Shown piece by piece: positions 1-6,900 of a DNA stretch of 13,896 bases. A program made the translations under genes and the position numbers. How positions within the stretch are numbered: the stretch's first letter is position 1; each line of letters begins with the position of its first letter. The DNA lies in contig DAHVMJ010000017.1 of the NCBI GenBank assembly GCA_027319905.1, forward strand, positions 1 to 13,896, read 5' to 3'. This stretch comes from Candidatus Micrarchaeota archaeon. GTDB lineage: Archaea; Micrarchaeota; Micrarchaeia; Micrarchaeales; CABMGC01. The notes beneath the pieces were generated by a model, which saw nothing but the letters and a program-made list of their open reading frames with translations, did no database searches and was not told the origin of the DNA.

Positions 1-30
1 AGATATGTAATCACGGATATCTGCTTCCAT
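1..30 (-). CDS. Probable 5' start of the next gene downstream of trxB (MEADIRDYIS..., truncated by window edge)
   Basis: ATG (cat at 28-30) lies 11 nt after the trxB stop and the frame is open to position 1. Too short to assign a product. Confidence 0.3.
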   Translation of the reverse strand, partial: MEADIRDYIS

Positions 31-41
31 AGCGCCAGATC

Positions 42-2156
42 TCAGGGTTGCTTCTTCGCCTCAACTTCCTGCATGAAAGCCCTGACCGCCAGGGCCGCCT
101 TGATTCCGCTTCCCGCGGCGGTGCCTGCCTGCCTGTATACCTTGTCAGCGACATCGCCAGCAACGTACACGCCCTCAAGATCGGTCTTTATCTCTTCCTT
201 TGTCACCAGGTAGCCCTGCTCATCAGTGCGCAGCTGGCCCTCAAAGAGCTTGGTGTTTGGTTCGTAGCCTATCGCGAGGAAGACGCCGTCGATAGGCGTC
301 TCGCGTTTTTGTCCTGTGGCCACATCCTTCAGTACTACTGACTTTACTACCTTGTCTCCCTTTATCTCCTCAACGGTTGTGTTCCAAAGGACCTTTATCT
401 TCGGGTTTGACATGACCCTTTCCTGCATTATCTTGCTCGCCCGAAACGCATCGCGCCTATGGACGATGGTTACGGTGCTTGCGAATCTGGTAAGGAACAG
501 CGAGTCCTCCATCGCGGTATCTCCACCTCCGACCACAATCACATTCTTGTTTTTGAAGAAAGCGGCATCGCAATTATGAAGTGTGCTGTTAGGTGTTACG
601 TACGTATTCTCTTTATCTACAGCTAGATTGTATACAAGCCCATTGAAATTTCTTGATAAGACGCGCTTTATGGGAAGAAGAGCATAACCATCTTTTAGCC
701 AACCATGATAGTTCCCTGTTTTCCTGGCTCTAATTTTCTCATGCTTTTCTCCTAACACCTTGCTCATTCTCTGAATCCAAGGCCCTCCGACTCTTATCTG
801 GTATACGTTCTCCTTAAATTCCACCAGTCTTTCTCCTATTCTAGAGAACCTAAGGGTTTTTTGTTTTCTTTTCTCTATCGTAGGTAGAATCCCGAGCCTG
901 AGAAACACCATCTTTACCTGCTCAAGCAGCACTCTGGAACTCGTGGTTATTACAAAATCTTCCTTCCTTGAACAGCCGTCACCCCTCCAGTAACCTTTTA
1001 TCAATTCTTCTTGGAGGTCTGCAGGCAGGTAAAGGAAAAACATCGGCAATCTTTTGTCACTAGAGTATCTTCCGAATAGTTTTTCAAAGAGCTTACTTAG
1101 TATGAGCGAATATACCGTGACACGAGCTACAGAACCTTCAATCCTTATGTGAGCTTCCAACCCGAATAACTTTTCGATAAGGCGTTTTGTATCCCTGATA
1201 TATTCGTATTCGTCATTCTTGAATGCGAAAGAAATTCCTCTTTTATGAGCAAAACCCTCAGCAAGGTAGTAACCAACTAACCTGGCGAGTTCATGATTTA
1301 TTGAAACCTTTGATTTGATTCTATGCGCAGTTGGGCTCTCTCTAACAAAATACACTCTGCCTCTGTTATCGACTTTCATGCTTAGTTCTTCCGCTATGTC
1401 GATAAATTTCCTCGCTTTAACCGCTGACGGAATTGGATACATTACCATTTGCCCTGGCGCCAACTCTTTGGCCGGTACCCATGCCGGTTCTGACCACTTG
1501 ACTTCGTGATAACGGGCGCCAGTTCCTCTTTGCAACTTCCTTATTAGAACAGGATGATTGGGTGTCATGAAGGTAATCCCGTCTCTGAAAAAGCGGGATT
1601 TTATTCCAACAAGTTTGCCTTTAAACCTGCGGCTCATCACTTCTCTTACACGCTCAAAAGTTCCTTTGTCGGTAAGGACCTTATCCCCAACTTTTACCTC
1701 TTTTATAGGTTTTACCGAAGGATTTGCAATCACCAATGACTCAGGGGGCAGGCATGTCGCGCAGCTCGACACCCCCCTGCCCATGAACTTTTTCTCGGAC
1801 TCAAGCCCGAGATATTTTGCGTTTGCCCCAGTGGCTATGATTAGCGTATTGGTCTCGTACACCTGCTCCTCCACCGTGACCTTTATGGGTCTTGACTTGA
1901 GGTCTACGGCTGTAACGTCCTTGTCCACGAATCTTGTGCCGAACTTCTTGGCCTGCTTCATCAGCATCTGCATGTACTCCGGACCCATCACTCCTTCGGG
2001 GAAGCCGGGTATGTTCTCAACGAGAGTCGTGAGTATGAGCTGGCCTCCGCCATTGTAGCCGCTGATCACTAGCGGCTCAAATCCTTCTCTCGCGGTGTAT
2101 ATAGCAGCAGAAAGACCAGCCGGGCCTGAACCCATGATTATTACTTTCTCGGTCAT
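42..2156 (-). CDS. trxB: Thioredoxin-disulfide reductase precursor containing an intein (704 aa precursor, 310 aa after splicing)
   Basis: FAD motif IIMGSGPAGLSAAIY, GGQL, ENIPGFP, IIATGA; GRGVSSCAT|CDAAFF active site split by the insert; NADPH motif VVGGGDTAMED and VHRRDAFRA; C-terminal GVYVAGDV and YRQA. ATG at 2156 (MTEKV) preferred over the GTG at 2165. Spliced length is typical of low-MW TrxR. Confidence 0.97.
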   Translation of the reverse strand: MTEKVIIMGSGPAGLSAAIYTAREGFEPLVISGYNGGGQLILTTLVENIPGFPEGVMGPEYMQMLMKQAKKFGTRFVDKDVTAVDLKSRPIKVTVEEQVYETNTLIIATGANAKYLGLESEKKFMGRGVSSCATCLPPESLVIANPSVKPIKEVKVGDKVLTDKGTFERVREVMSRRFKGKLVGIKSRFFRDGITFMTPNHPVLIRKLQRGTGARYHEVKWSEPAWVPAKELAPGQMVMYPIPSAVKARKFIDIAEELSMKVDNRGRVYFVRESPTAHRIKSKVSINHELARLVGYYLAEGFAHKRGISFAFKNDEYEYIRDTKRLIEKLFGLEAHIRIEGSVARVTVYSLILSKLFEKLFGRYSSDKRLPMFFLYLPADLQEELIKGYWRGDGCSRKEDFVITTSSRVLLEQVKMVFLRLGILPTIEKRKQKTLRFSRIGERLVEFKENVYQIRVGGPWIQRMSKVLGEKHEKIRARKTGNYHGWLKDGYALLPIKRVLSRNFNGLVYNLAVDKENTYVTPNSTLHNCDAAFFKNKNVIVVGGGDTAMEDSLFLTRFASTVTIVHRRDAFRASKIMQERVMSNPKIKVLWNTTVEEIKGDKVVKSVVLKDVATGQKRETPIDGVFLAIGYEPNTKLFEGQLRTDEQGYLVTKEEIKTDLEGVYVAGDVADKVYRQAGTAAGSGIKAALAVRAFMQEVEAKKQP
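573..1754 (-). mobile_element. Intein, 394 aa, with LAGLIDADG homing endonuclease, inserted in the TrxB CxxC motif
   Basis: Block A CLPPESLV (Cys1 codon 1752-1754); KPIKEVKVGDKVLT; block B TPNHPVL (TxxH); block C LVGYYLAEG; block E LIKGYWRGDG; block H TSSRVLLEQVKMVFLRLGI; block F VYNLAV; block G TLHN followed by +1 Cys (570-572). Removing it restores SCATCDAAFFK exactly. More AT-rich than the exteins. Confidence 0.97.
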
Positions 2157-2185
2157 AAGCAGCACTGTTAGTTGCTCATGCGAAG

Positions 2186-2197
2186 TATTTAATTATT
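2186..2197. promoter_or_regulatory. AT-rich TATA-like element between the divergent trxB and MBL nuclease genes
   Basis: TATTTAATTATT in a 68-nt divergent intergenic gap, about 30 nt from each start codon. Confidence 0.5.
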
Positions 2198-2224
2198 GAT
2201 ATGAGCTAGAAACTGGGCGACTGG

Positions 2225-3172
2225 TTGGCCATCTCACTGGGCGAATACAGCATAGCCCTCGACTCGAAAGACGACGAGGCTAACGTCAACTTCGTTTCGC
2301 ACGCGCATACAGATCATATCTCTGGTTTGAGAAAAAACAAGAAAGCCCTCGCCAGCGAAATCACCAAGGACCTGGTCGAGAACAGGAGCCACATTGAAAT
2401 GGAGCTCATAGAAGAGCCCGAATGCGTCGAGCTCCTCAATGCGGGTCACATGTTCGGCTCAAGGCAGCTCTTCGTGCAGAACGACCTCTACGGCTATTCC
2501 ATACTCTACAGCGGCGACTACCAGATGGACGAACCTGTTCTGGCGGAGAAGCTGGAGACCAAGCAGGCCGATGTGCTCATCCTCGATTCCACGTATCCGT
2601 ATCCAGAAGTTAGATTTGATGACAAGAGCGAGGTCATAGATGCAATACAGTTCTACACGAGGAAGAAGACCGAGCACGGCCACGTTTTGTTCGGCGCGTA
2701 CACCGTGGGCAGGGCGCAGGAGCTCGTTAAGATACTAAATGACGCGGGCATGATACCTGCTGTGGACGAGAAGATAGCCGCTGTCAATAAGGTGTATGAA
2801 AAGCATGGCGCACGTCTCGAGTATGCACCGCTTGAGCAACCAGAGAACAGCCCCGTAATCATAGTGAGCCAATCAAAGCTTGAGGCCACACGCGAAGCGA
2901 TAGTGGCCAAGAGCGTAAAGCGCGTCTATACGGCCGTGGCTTCAGGCTGGGCCAAGATCTTCAGGTTTGACACCGACGTGCAGTTCAACCTCAGCGACCA
3001 CGCTGATTTCCACCAGGCTCTGGAGTACATAAGCGCATGCAGCCCGAAGATCATCTTTACCTTCGGCTCGAACGCAAGGCCATTCGCAAAGCAGCTAGCA
3101 ATACGAGGGTATGATGCGAGACCGCTGGTTTATACATCAGATGTAAATAAACTGATACTGAATCATTCCTAA
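2225..3172 (+). CDS. Metallo-beta-lactamase / beta-CASP-like nuclease (COG1236-like RNA/DNA-processing exonuclease)
   Basis: FVSHAHTDH (HxHxDH), NAGHMFGS, YSGDY, LILDSTY, AYTVGRAQE and LSDHADF motifs. TTG start is uncertain. Confidence 0.88.
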   Translation: MAISLGEYSIALDSKDDEANVNFVSHAHTDHISGLRKNKKALASEITKDLVENRSHIEMELIEEPECVELLNAGHMFGSRQLFVQNDLYGYSILYSGDYQMDEPVLAEKLETKQADVLILDSTYPYPEVRFDDKSEVIDAIQFYTRKKTEHGHVLFGAYTVGRAQELVKILNDAGMIPAVDEKIAAVNKVYEKHGARLEYAPLEQPENSPVIIVSQSKLEATREAIVAKSVKRVYTAVASGWAKIFRFDTDVQFNLSDHADFHQALEYISACSPKIIFTFGSNARPFAKQLAIRGYDARPLVYTSDVNKLILNHS

Positions 3173-3215
3173 GGGTGACGTTTTGGGACATAGGTTACTG
3201 TTATATCTAAAATGG

Positions 3216-3344
3216 TTGAGCAGGAAAAGGAGTCTCAAGAAGGCAGTAAACGAAATCGAGCTTATTATAAAGAATGATTTCAAGCCTTCACCCAAAGGAT
3301 TCGCAGTCAAGTCAATAAGAGAAGACAGGCAAAGAGAGCATTGA
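3216..3344 (+). pseudogene. Short ORF resembling the C-terminal half of an archaeal VapB-type antitoxin (likely remnant)
   Basis: Manual translation: (L)SRKRSLKKAVNEIELIIKNDFKPSPKGFAVKSIREDRQREH*. The 'SIREDR' ending recalls archaeal VapB antitoxins. No N-terminal DNA-binding half and no PIN toxin follow. Not in the ORF track. Confidence 0.5.
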
Positions 3345-3361
3345 TTCATAGTACGTGCTAC

Positions 3362-3369
3362 TTTATATT
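3362..3369 (+). promoter_or_regulatory. TATA box for the DUF763 gene (probably leaderless transcript)
   Basis: TTTATATT begins 31 nt upstream of ATG 3393; no Shine-Dalgarno sequence. Confidence 0.5.
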
Positions 3370-3392
3370 TAGTTTTAGCAGCAAATAACATC

Positions 3393-4451
3393 ATGCACTC
3401 AGCGACCGTGCTTCCTCTCCACGGAGGACGCGCTCCCAAATGGCTTTTTGGTAGAATGGTCAAGCTGGGCGAGCTCATCTCCAACGTGATAATGGATGAG
3501 TTCGGACCAGACGAGCTTCTCAGGAGGCTGAGCGACAAGGACTGGTTCCAGGCGCTTGCATGCGCGATTGGCTACGATTGGCACAGCAGCGGCACCACCA
3601 CAGTAACCATTGGTGCTCTAAAGGAGGCACTAAACGACAGCGGTGAGATATTCATAGCCGGCGGGAAGGGAAAAGCCGGAAACAACACGCCAGAGGACAT
3701 AAGGGAAGGCGCCGCACGGCTTTCGCTGTCGAGCAGCATAGAGAACTTCGTGGAGCACAGCAGGCTCTCCGCGAAGGTGGACGCGGCGATGGTCTACGAC
3801 AACATAGGAATATACCACCATTCGTTCCTTTTCGCCAAGAGTGGCAGGTGGGCCGTCGTGCAACAGGCGATGCAGCGCGAGGGCAATAAAGCAATAAGGT
3901 TCCAGTGGTTCAGCGACCTTGCCAACGAACACGACATAGCTAACGAACCGCACAGCGGCCTAGAAACCAACCTGCGACAGCAGACCCTAGACCTTACCTC
4001 GAATGCTAACACATTCGCGCGCGAAGGCATGACCGAGGCACTCGAAGAATACAGAAGGGTGGTTGCGGGAAACTACCCTGACAGGCACGGCATAATACCT
4101 CAGATAGATATAAGCAGAAAAGGGGTTGAAGCAGTAAGGAAGGCGAGCGAGGTAGACCCGAAGAACTACAGGGAGCTGCTGCTGGTGAGAGGCTTCGGGA
4201 GATCGAGCATCAGGTCGCTTGCATTTGTCGCGAGCCTCATCTACGGAAAGGAACTGGCCTACAGGGATCCGGTCGCATACGCGTATAACCTTGGCGGAAA
4301 GGACGGCATACCATTTCCGGTGAACAGGGAAACCTACGATTCCGTAATAGAAGGAATGGATTATATAGTTGACAAGGCAAACATTGAACAGGGGGATAAG
4401 TACAGAATATTGAAAAGGCTGAATGCTTATCTCACCAACGCCCACGCGTGA
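3393..4451 (+). CDS. DUF763 (COG1415) family protein
   Basis: LPLHGGRAPKWLFGRM, WFQALACAIGYDWHSSGTTT, AGGKG, SRLSAKVD, YHHSF, WAVVQQ, HhH-like LLLVRGFG, DPVAYAYNLGGKDGIPFPVNR. Confidence 0.92.
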   Translation: MHSATVLPLHGGRAPKWLFGRMVKLGELISNVIMDEFGPDELLRRLSDKDWFQALACAIGYDWHSSGTTTVTIGALKEALNDSGEIFIAGGKGKAGNNTPEDIREGAARLSLSSSIENFVEHSRLSAKVDAAMVYDNIGIYHHSFLFAKSGRWAVVQQAMQREGNKAIRFQWFSDLANEHDIANEPHSGLETNLRQQTLDLTSNANTFAREGMTEALEEYRRVVAGNYPDRHGIIPQIDISRKGVEAVRKASEVDPKNYRELLLVRGFGRSSIRSLAFVASLIYGKELAYRDPVAYAYNLGGKDGIPFPVNRETYDSVIEGMDYIVDKANIEQGDKYRILKRLNAYLTNAHA

Positions 4452-4455
4452 GCAT

Positions 4456-5466
4456 ATGGCTGAGGACGAAGAGGAGGCAAGCAAGACATACCAATACCTG
4501 GTACTGCTGCTCGGCCTAGCTTCGCTCACGATGGCCGCCGCGACGCTCTACTCCATGGAGGTTTTGGGCGTAAACTACGGGGCCGGGCTCGCAATACTCG
4601 GACTCGCAAACAGGACAAGCGCGACCATCAACGTTACGCAGATAACCGCTTCGGTCGGCACTCTCCAAACGGGAATCCGCGAAAACTACCTCGCGGCTAT
4701 CATCGCTTTCGGCCTGCTCGGCGCGTCGCTCGTACTCTACGTCAGCAGATACAGACGCTTCAGCTCGGTGAGCAGGCGCTACACCCTCATGCACTTCACT
4801 CTGACTCTGCTTTACATAGGCATCTTCTACCTCATCCTCTCCAGCCTGCAGATCAACTACCTGACCAACCTTTATTTCCTGGTCATCTTCGCAGCGGTAG
4901 CCATCGCCTTCGTGATAGACGTGTATCTGCAGCTCGGCATAAGCACGAAGAGCCCGCTGGGCTCAAGGACGAGAGGCGGAATACGCATAGAGCCCGATTC
5001 TCCATACAGCAACCTGCTCAATCTCCGCGACACCCTATTCTCGAAGCTGAACGGCGACGTGCGCATAGTGGACAAGCATTTCAACTCTGCTGCGATATCC
5101 AACCTCCACAGGCTCCTTGAGACCAACCTCACCAACATAAAGAAACTGGAGATAATCTCTTCGAGAGAGATGTTCGATGCGAAGTTCAACGACAACTACA
5201 CAGACTTCAAGAACGAGCTCGGCAACAAGGGCGTTTCGCTGAACTTCCTGCTGATGAGCGATGCCGATGCAGTGGCGCAGCACGAGAGGTTCGTCTTCGA
5301 CGACTCCAAGGCGTACAAGATACCCCCGCTCAACATAATCAACAAGAAGAGCGAGCACATAGTCGGCCTGAGGGTGGGCGAGGCAAGGAGCAGGTTCGAG
5401 GCGCTGATGAGGAACGCGACGAAGTACGACAACTACGTGGTCAAGCAGGCGAGGGGACCAGGCTAA
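4456..5466 (+). CDS. Membrane protein: about 4 TM helices plus a C-terminal PLD-like/MIT_C-like domain
   Basis: Four hydrophobic segments, then a soluble domain of about 160 aa with VRIVDKHF (DKHF at 5071) and HERFVFDD (5281). ATG 4456 (MAEDEEE), 4 nt after the DUF763 stop, preferred over 4423. The domain call is by motif resemblance. Confidence 0.7.
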   Translation: MAEDEEEASKTYQYLVLLLGLASLTMAAATLYSMEVLGVNYGAGLAILGLANRTSATINVTQITASVGTLQTGIRENYLAAIIAFGLLGASLVLYVSRYRRFSSVSRRYTLMHFTLTLLYIGIFYLILSSLQINYLTNLYFLVIFAAVAIAFVIDVYLQLGISTKSPLGSRTRGGIRIEPDSPYSNLLNLRDTLFSKLNGDVRIVDKHFNSAAISNLHRLLETNLTNIKKLEIISSREMFDAKFNDNYTDFKNELGNKGVSLNFLLMSDADAVAQHERFVFDDSKAYKIPPLNIINKKSEHIVGLRVGEARSRFEALMRNATKYDNYVVKQARGPG

Positions 5467-5511
5467 GTGTGTAATGCCAAATTATATTAAGAGGCGATGA
5501 GACCTACTTGT

Positions 5512-5964
5512 ATGGTCGAGATGGCTTCGGAGATACGGAAAGCAATCAAAGAAGTAAGTGGGAAGCGTGCTGTAATGGAGGAAGCGATCTCACTTGTAGT
5601 GCGCGACGGCGAGAGAAAGATTGTTGATTTGATAGCCAGAGAGATACTCAACGGTATAAATTCAGGAATCGGTGTTTACAAAGCCGAACTTAAGATACTT
5701 AAGGAAGTATCGCATGAGAACGGCTTATTGATCAAGAGCGAATCTGATTTTGTTCAGGCAGGTGTTTTCACATCCGCCCCTGGATTCGACGCTCTTCTTA
5801 GTTCAGACGAAGGTAAAATGGCAAGGTCTTTCCTTAAAGACGATCTCGAACTTACAAAGGAAAGGTTTGTTGGCTCCTGCAGCGATGCGGCTCAGATTAT
5901 AGAGCTGACAGACCGCGGTAAAGCGGTACTTACGGCGCTGCGTATACCACTTTCTAAGCCTTAG
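5512..5964 (+). CDS. Hypothetical protein, possible winged-helix C-terminus
   Basis: Open frame 5497-5964 fills the gap. TTATATTA at 5482-5489 is 30 nt before ATG 5512, favouring that start. C-terminal IELTDRGKAVL resembles a wHTH wing-end motif. Confidence 0.6.
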   Translation: MVEMASEIRKAIKEVSGKRAVMEEAISLVVRDGERKIVDLIAREILNGINSGIGVYKAELKILKEVSHENGLLIKSESDFVQAGVFTSAPGFDALLSSDEGKMARSFLKDDLELTKERFVGSCSDAAQIIELTDRGKAVLTALRIPLSKP

Positions 5965-6403
5965 GCTTTCTGCCAGGTGGCTTCGGTACCTTAAGGTTCG
6001 GGAAAGCCTTCTGCAGCATCTCGGCATTGACGTCGAAGTCAAATGCCAAGTTCTGGACCGTCTTCCTGAAAAGGTACGTAGAGGCGATCTCAGCGAGTTC
6101 TTCTCTGCCTCCCGCCGCTCCTTTAACAACTTCTTTTACTTCTGCGGCTCCAAGCTTCTGGACCACCTCAGCGAGAGACCCGAAACTCTTCCTCTTGCCG
6201 CTGGTCATTGTGTCAGCATACGCATCAAGCTTCGCTGTGTCTATTCCAAGAAGCTCGAACGACTTCTTGTCAACGCTCTGCCTTATGCTGGACATCTGGA
6301 GGACTATCTCCTCGGGCTTCGTGCCCTCGGCTATGCTGATCTTCTTTACGGCTACCCAGTTCTTGTACTTGGCAAGAAACTCTATCGAGTCGCTTTCCGG
6401 CAT
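5954..6403 (-). CDS. DUF2666-like archaeal protein
   Basis: N-terminal IEFLAKYKNWVAVKK and C-terminal FPNLKVPKPPGRKPK resemble DUF2666. Starts 7 nt after the upstream gene's stop. Confidence 0.75.
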   Translation of the reverse strand: MPESDSIEFLAKYKNWVAVKKISIAEGTKPEEIVLQMSSIRQSVDKKSFELLGIDTAKLDAYADTMTSGKRKSFGSLAEVVQKLGAAEVKEVVKGAAGGREELAEIASTYLFRKTVQNLAFDFDVNAEMLQKAFPNLKVPKPPGRKPKA

Positions 6404-6410
6404 GAAGCAC

Positions 6411-6641
6411 CTAGGCCTGTGCCTGCTGCTGTATCAGATAGTAGCCCGAAGCCTTCTCCCTCACTATCCTCTTCACAACCCCCTTGTTCGCGAGAATGAT
6501 CAGGGCGTTGGTCACCATGCTCTTCGGCCTGTTCGTCTTCTTCGTTATGTCGTCTGCCGTCTTCATGGCCTGCTCCTTGGTGGCGCCAAGTTCCTTCATC
6601 GCGTTTACGATGAGCTGCTCTATCGGGTTCAACTCAACCAT
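6411..6641 (-). CDS. Small winged helix-turn-helix protein (76 aa)
   Basis: LNPIEQLIVNAM...TADDITKKTNRPKSMVTNALIILANKGVVKR...GYYL wHTH pattern; GTGAT SD-like site upstream. Confidence 0.8.
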   Translation of the reverse strand: MVELNPIEQLIVNAMKELGATKEQAMKTADDITKKTNRPKSMVTNALIILANKGVVKRIVREKASGYYLIQQQAQA

Positions 6642-6678
6642 TCGATCACGTTGATAATCATGCGCATGCTAATAAAAT

Positions 6679-6831
6679 CTACTTCTTTACCCTTATCTCC
6701 TTGTGCTTCGGCCTCAGGTAGATGGAGCCGCACTTCCTGCACTTCTCGCTCCCCGCCTTGTTCCTGGCCTTGCACTTCCTGCAGACCCAGACTCTCGTCA
6801 GGGCCTCGTCTGCTAGTGGAAATTTTCCCAT
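6679..6831 (-). CDS. rpl40e: 50S ribosomal protein L40e (eL40)
   Basis: Manual translation MGKFPLADEALTRVWVCRKCKARNKAGSEKCRKCGSIYLRPKHKEIRVKK* has the CxxC-ARN...CRKCG...LRPK zinc finger; GGTGA SD at 6838-6842. Below the ORF-track length cutoff. Confidence 0.95.
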   Translation of the reverse strand: MGKFPLADEALTRVWVCRKCKARNKAGSEKCRKCGSIYLRPKHKEIRVKK

Positions 6832-6900
6832 CGGCTTTCACCAAAATGAGCGATAACAATGGGCGAAAAAGGTATAATAAGCATGCACCTCTCCGGCGCG

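Noticed and set aside
573..1754. Group I or archaeal intron, or IS, as the trxB insert
   Set aside because: The insert is in frame with no stops, has all intein blocks, and shows no terminal inverted repeats or transposase motifs.
2207..2209. Genome-wide amber (TAG) recoding
   Set aside because: TAG is a clear terminator for leuS, rpl40e, wHTH and DUF2666, and no other gene has an internal TAG.
3137..3538. 133-aa - strand ORF
   Set aside because: It overlaps both flanking + strand genes and is the codon-aligned mirror of the VapB-like and DUF763 frames.
6629..6859. 76-aa - strand ORF (MLSLILVK...)
   Set aside because: Wrong frame; the real gene is rpl40e at 6679-6831.
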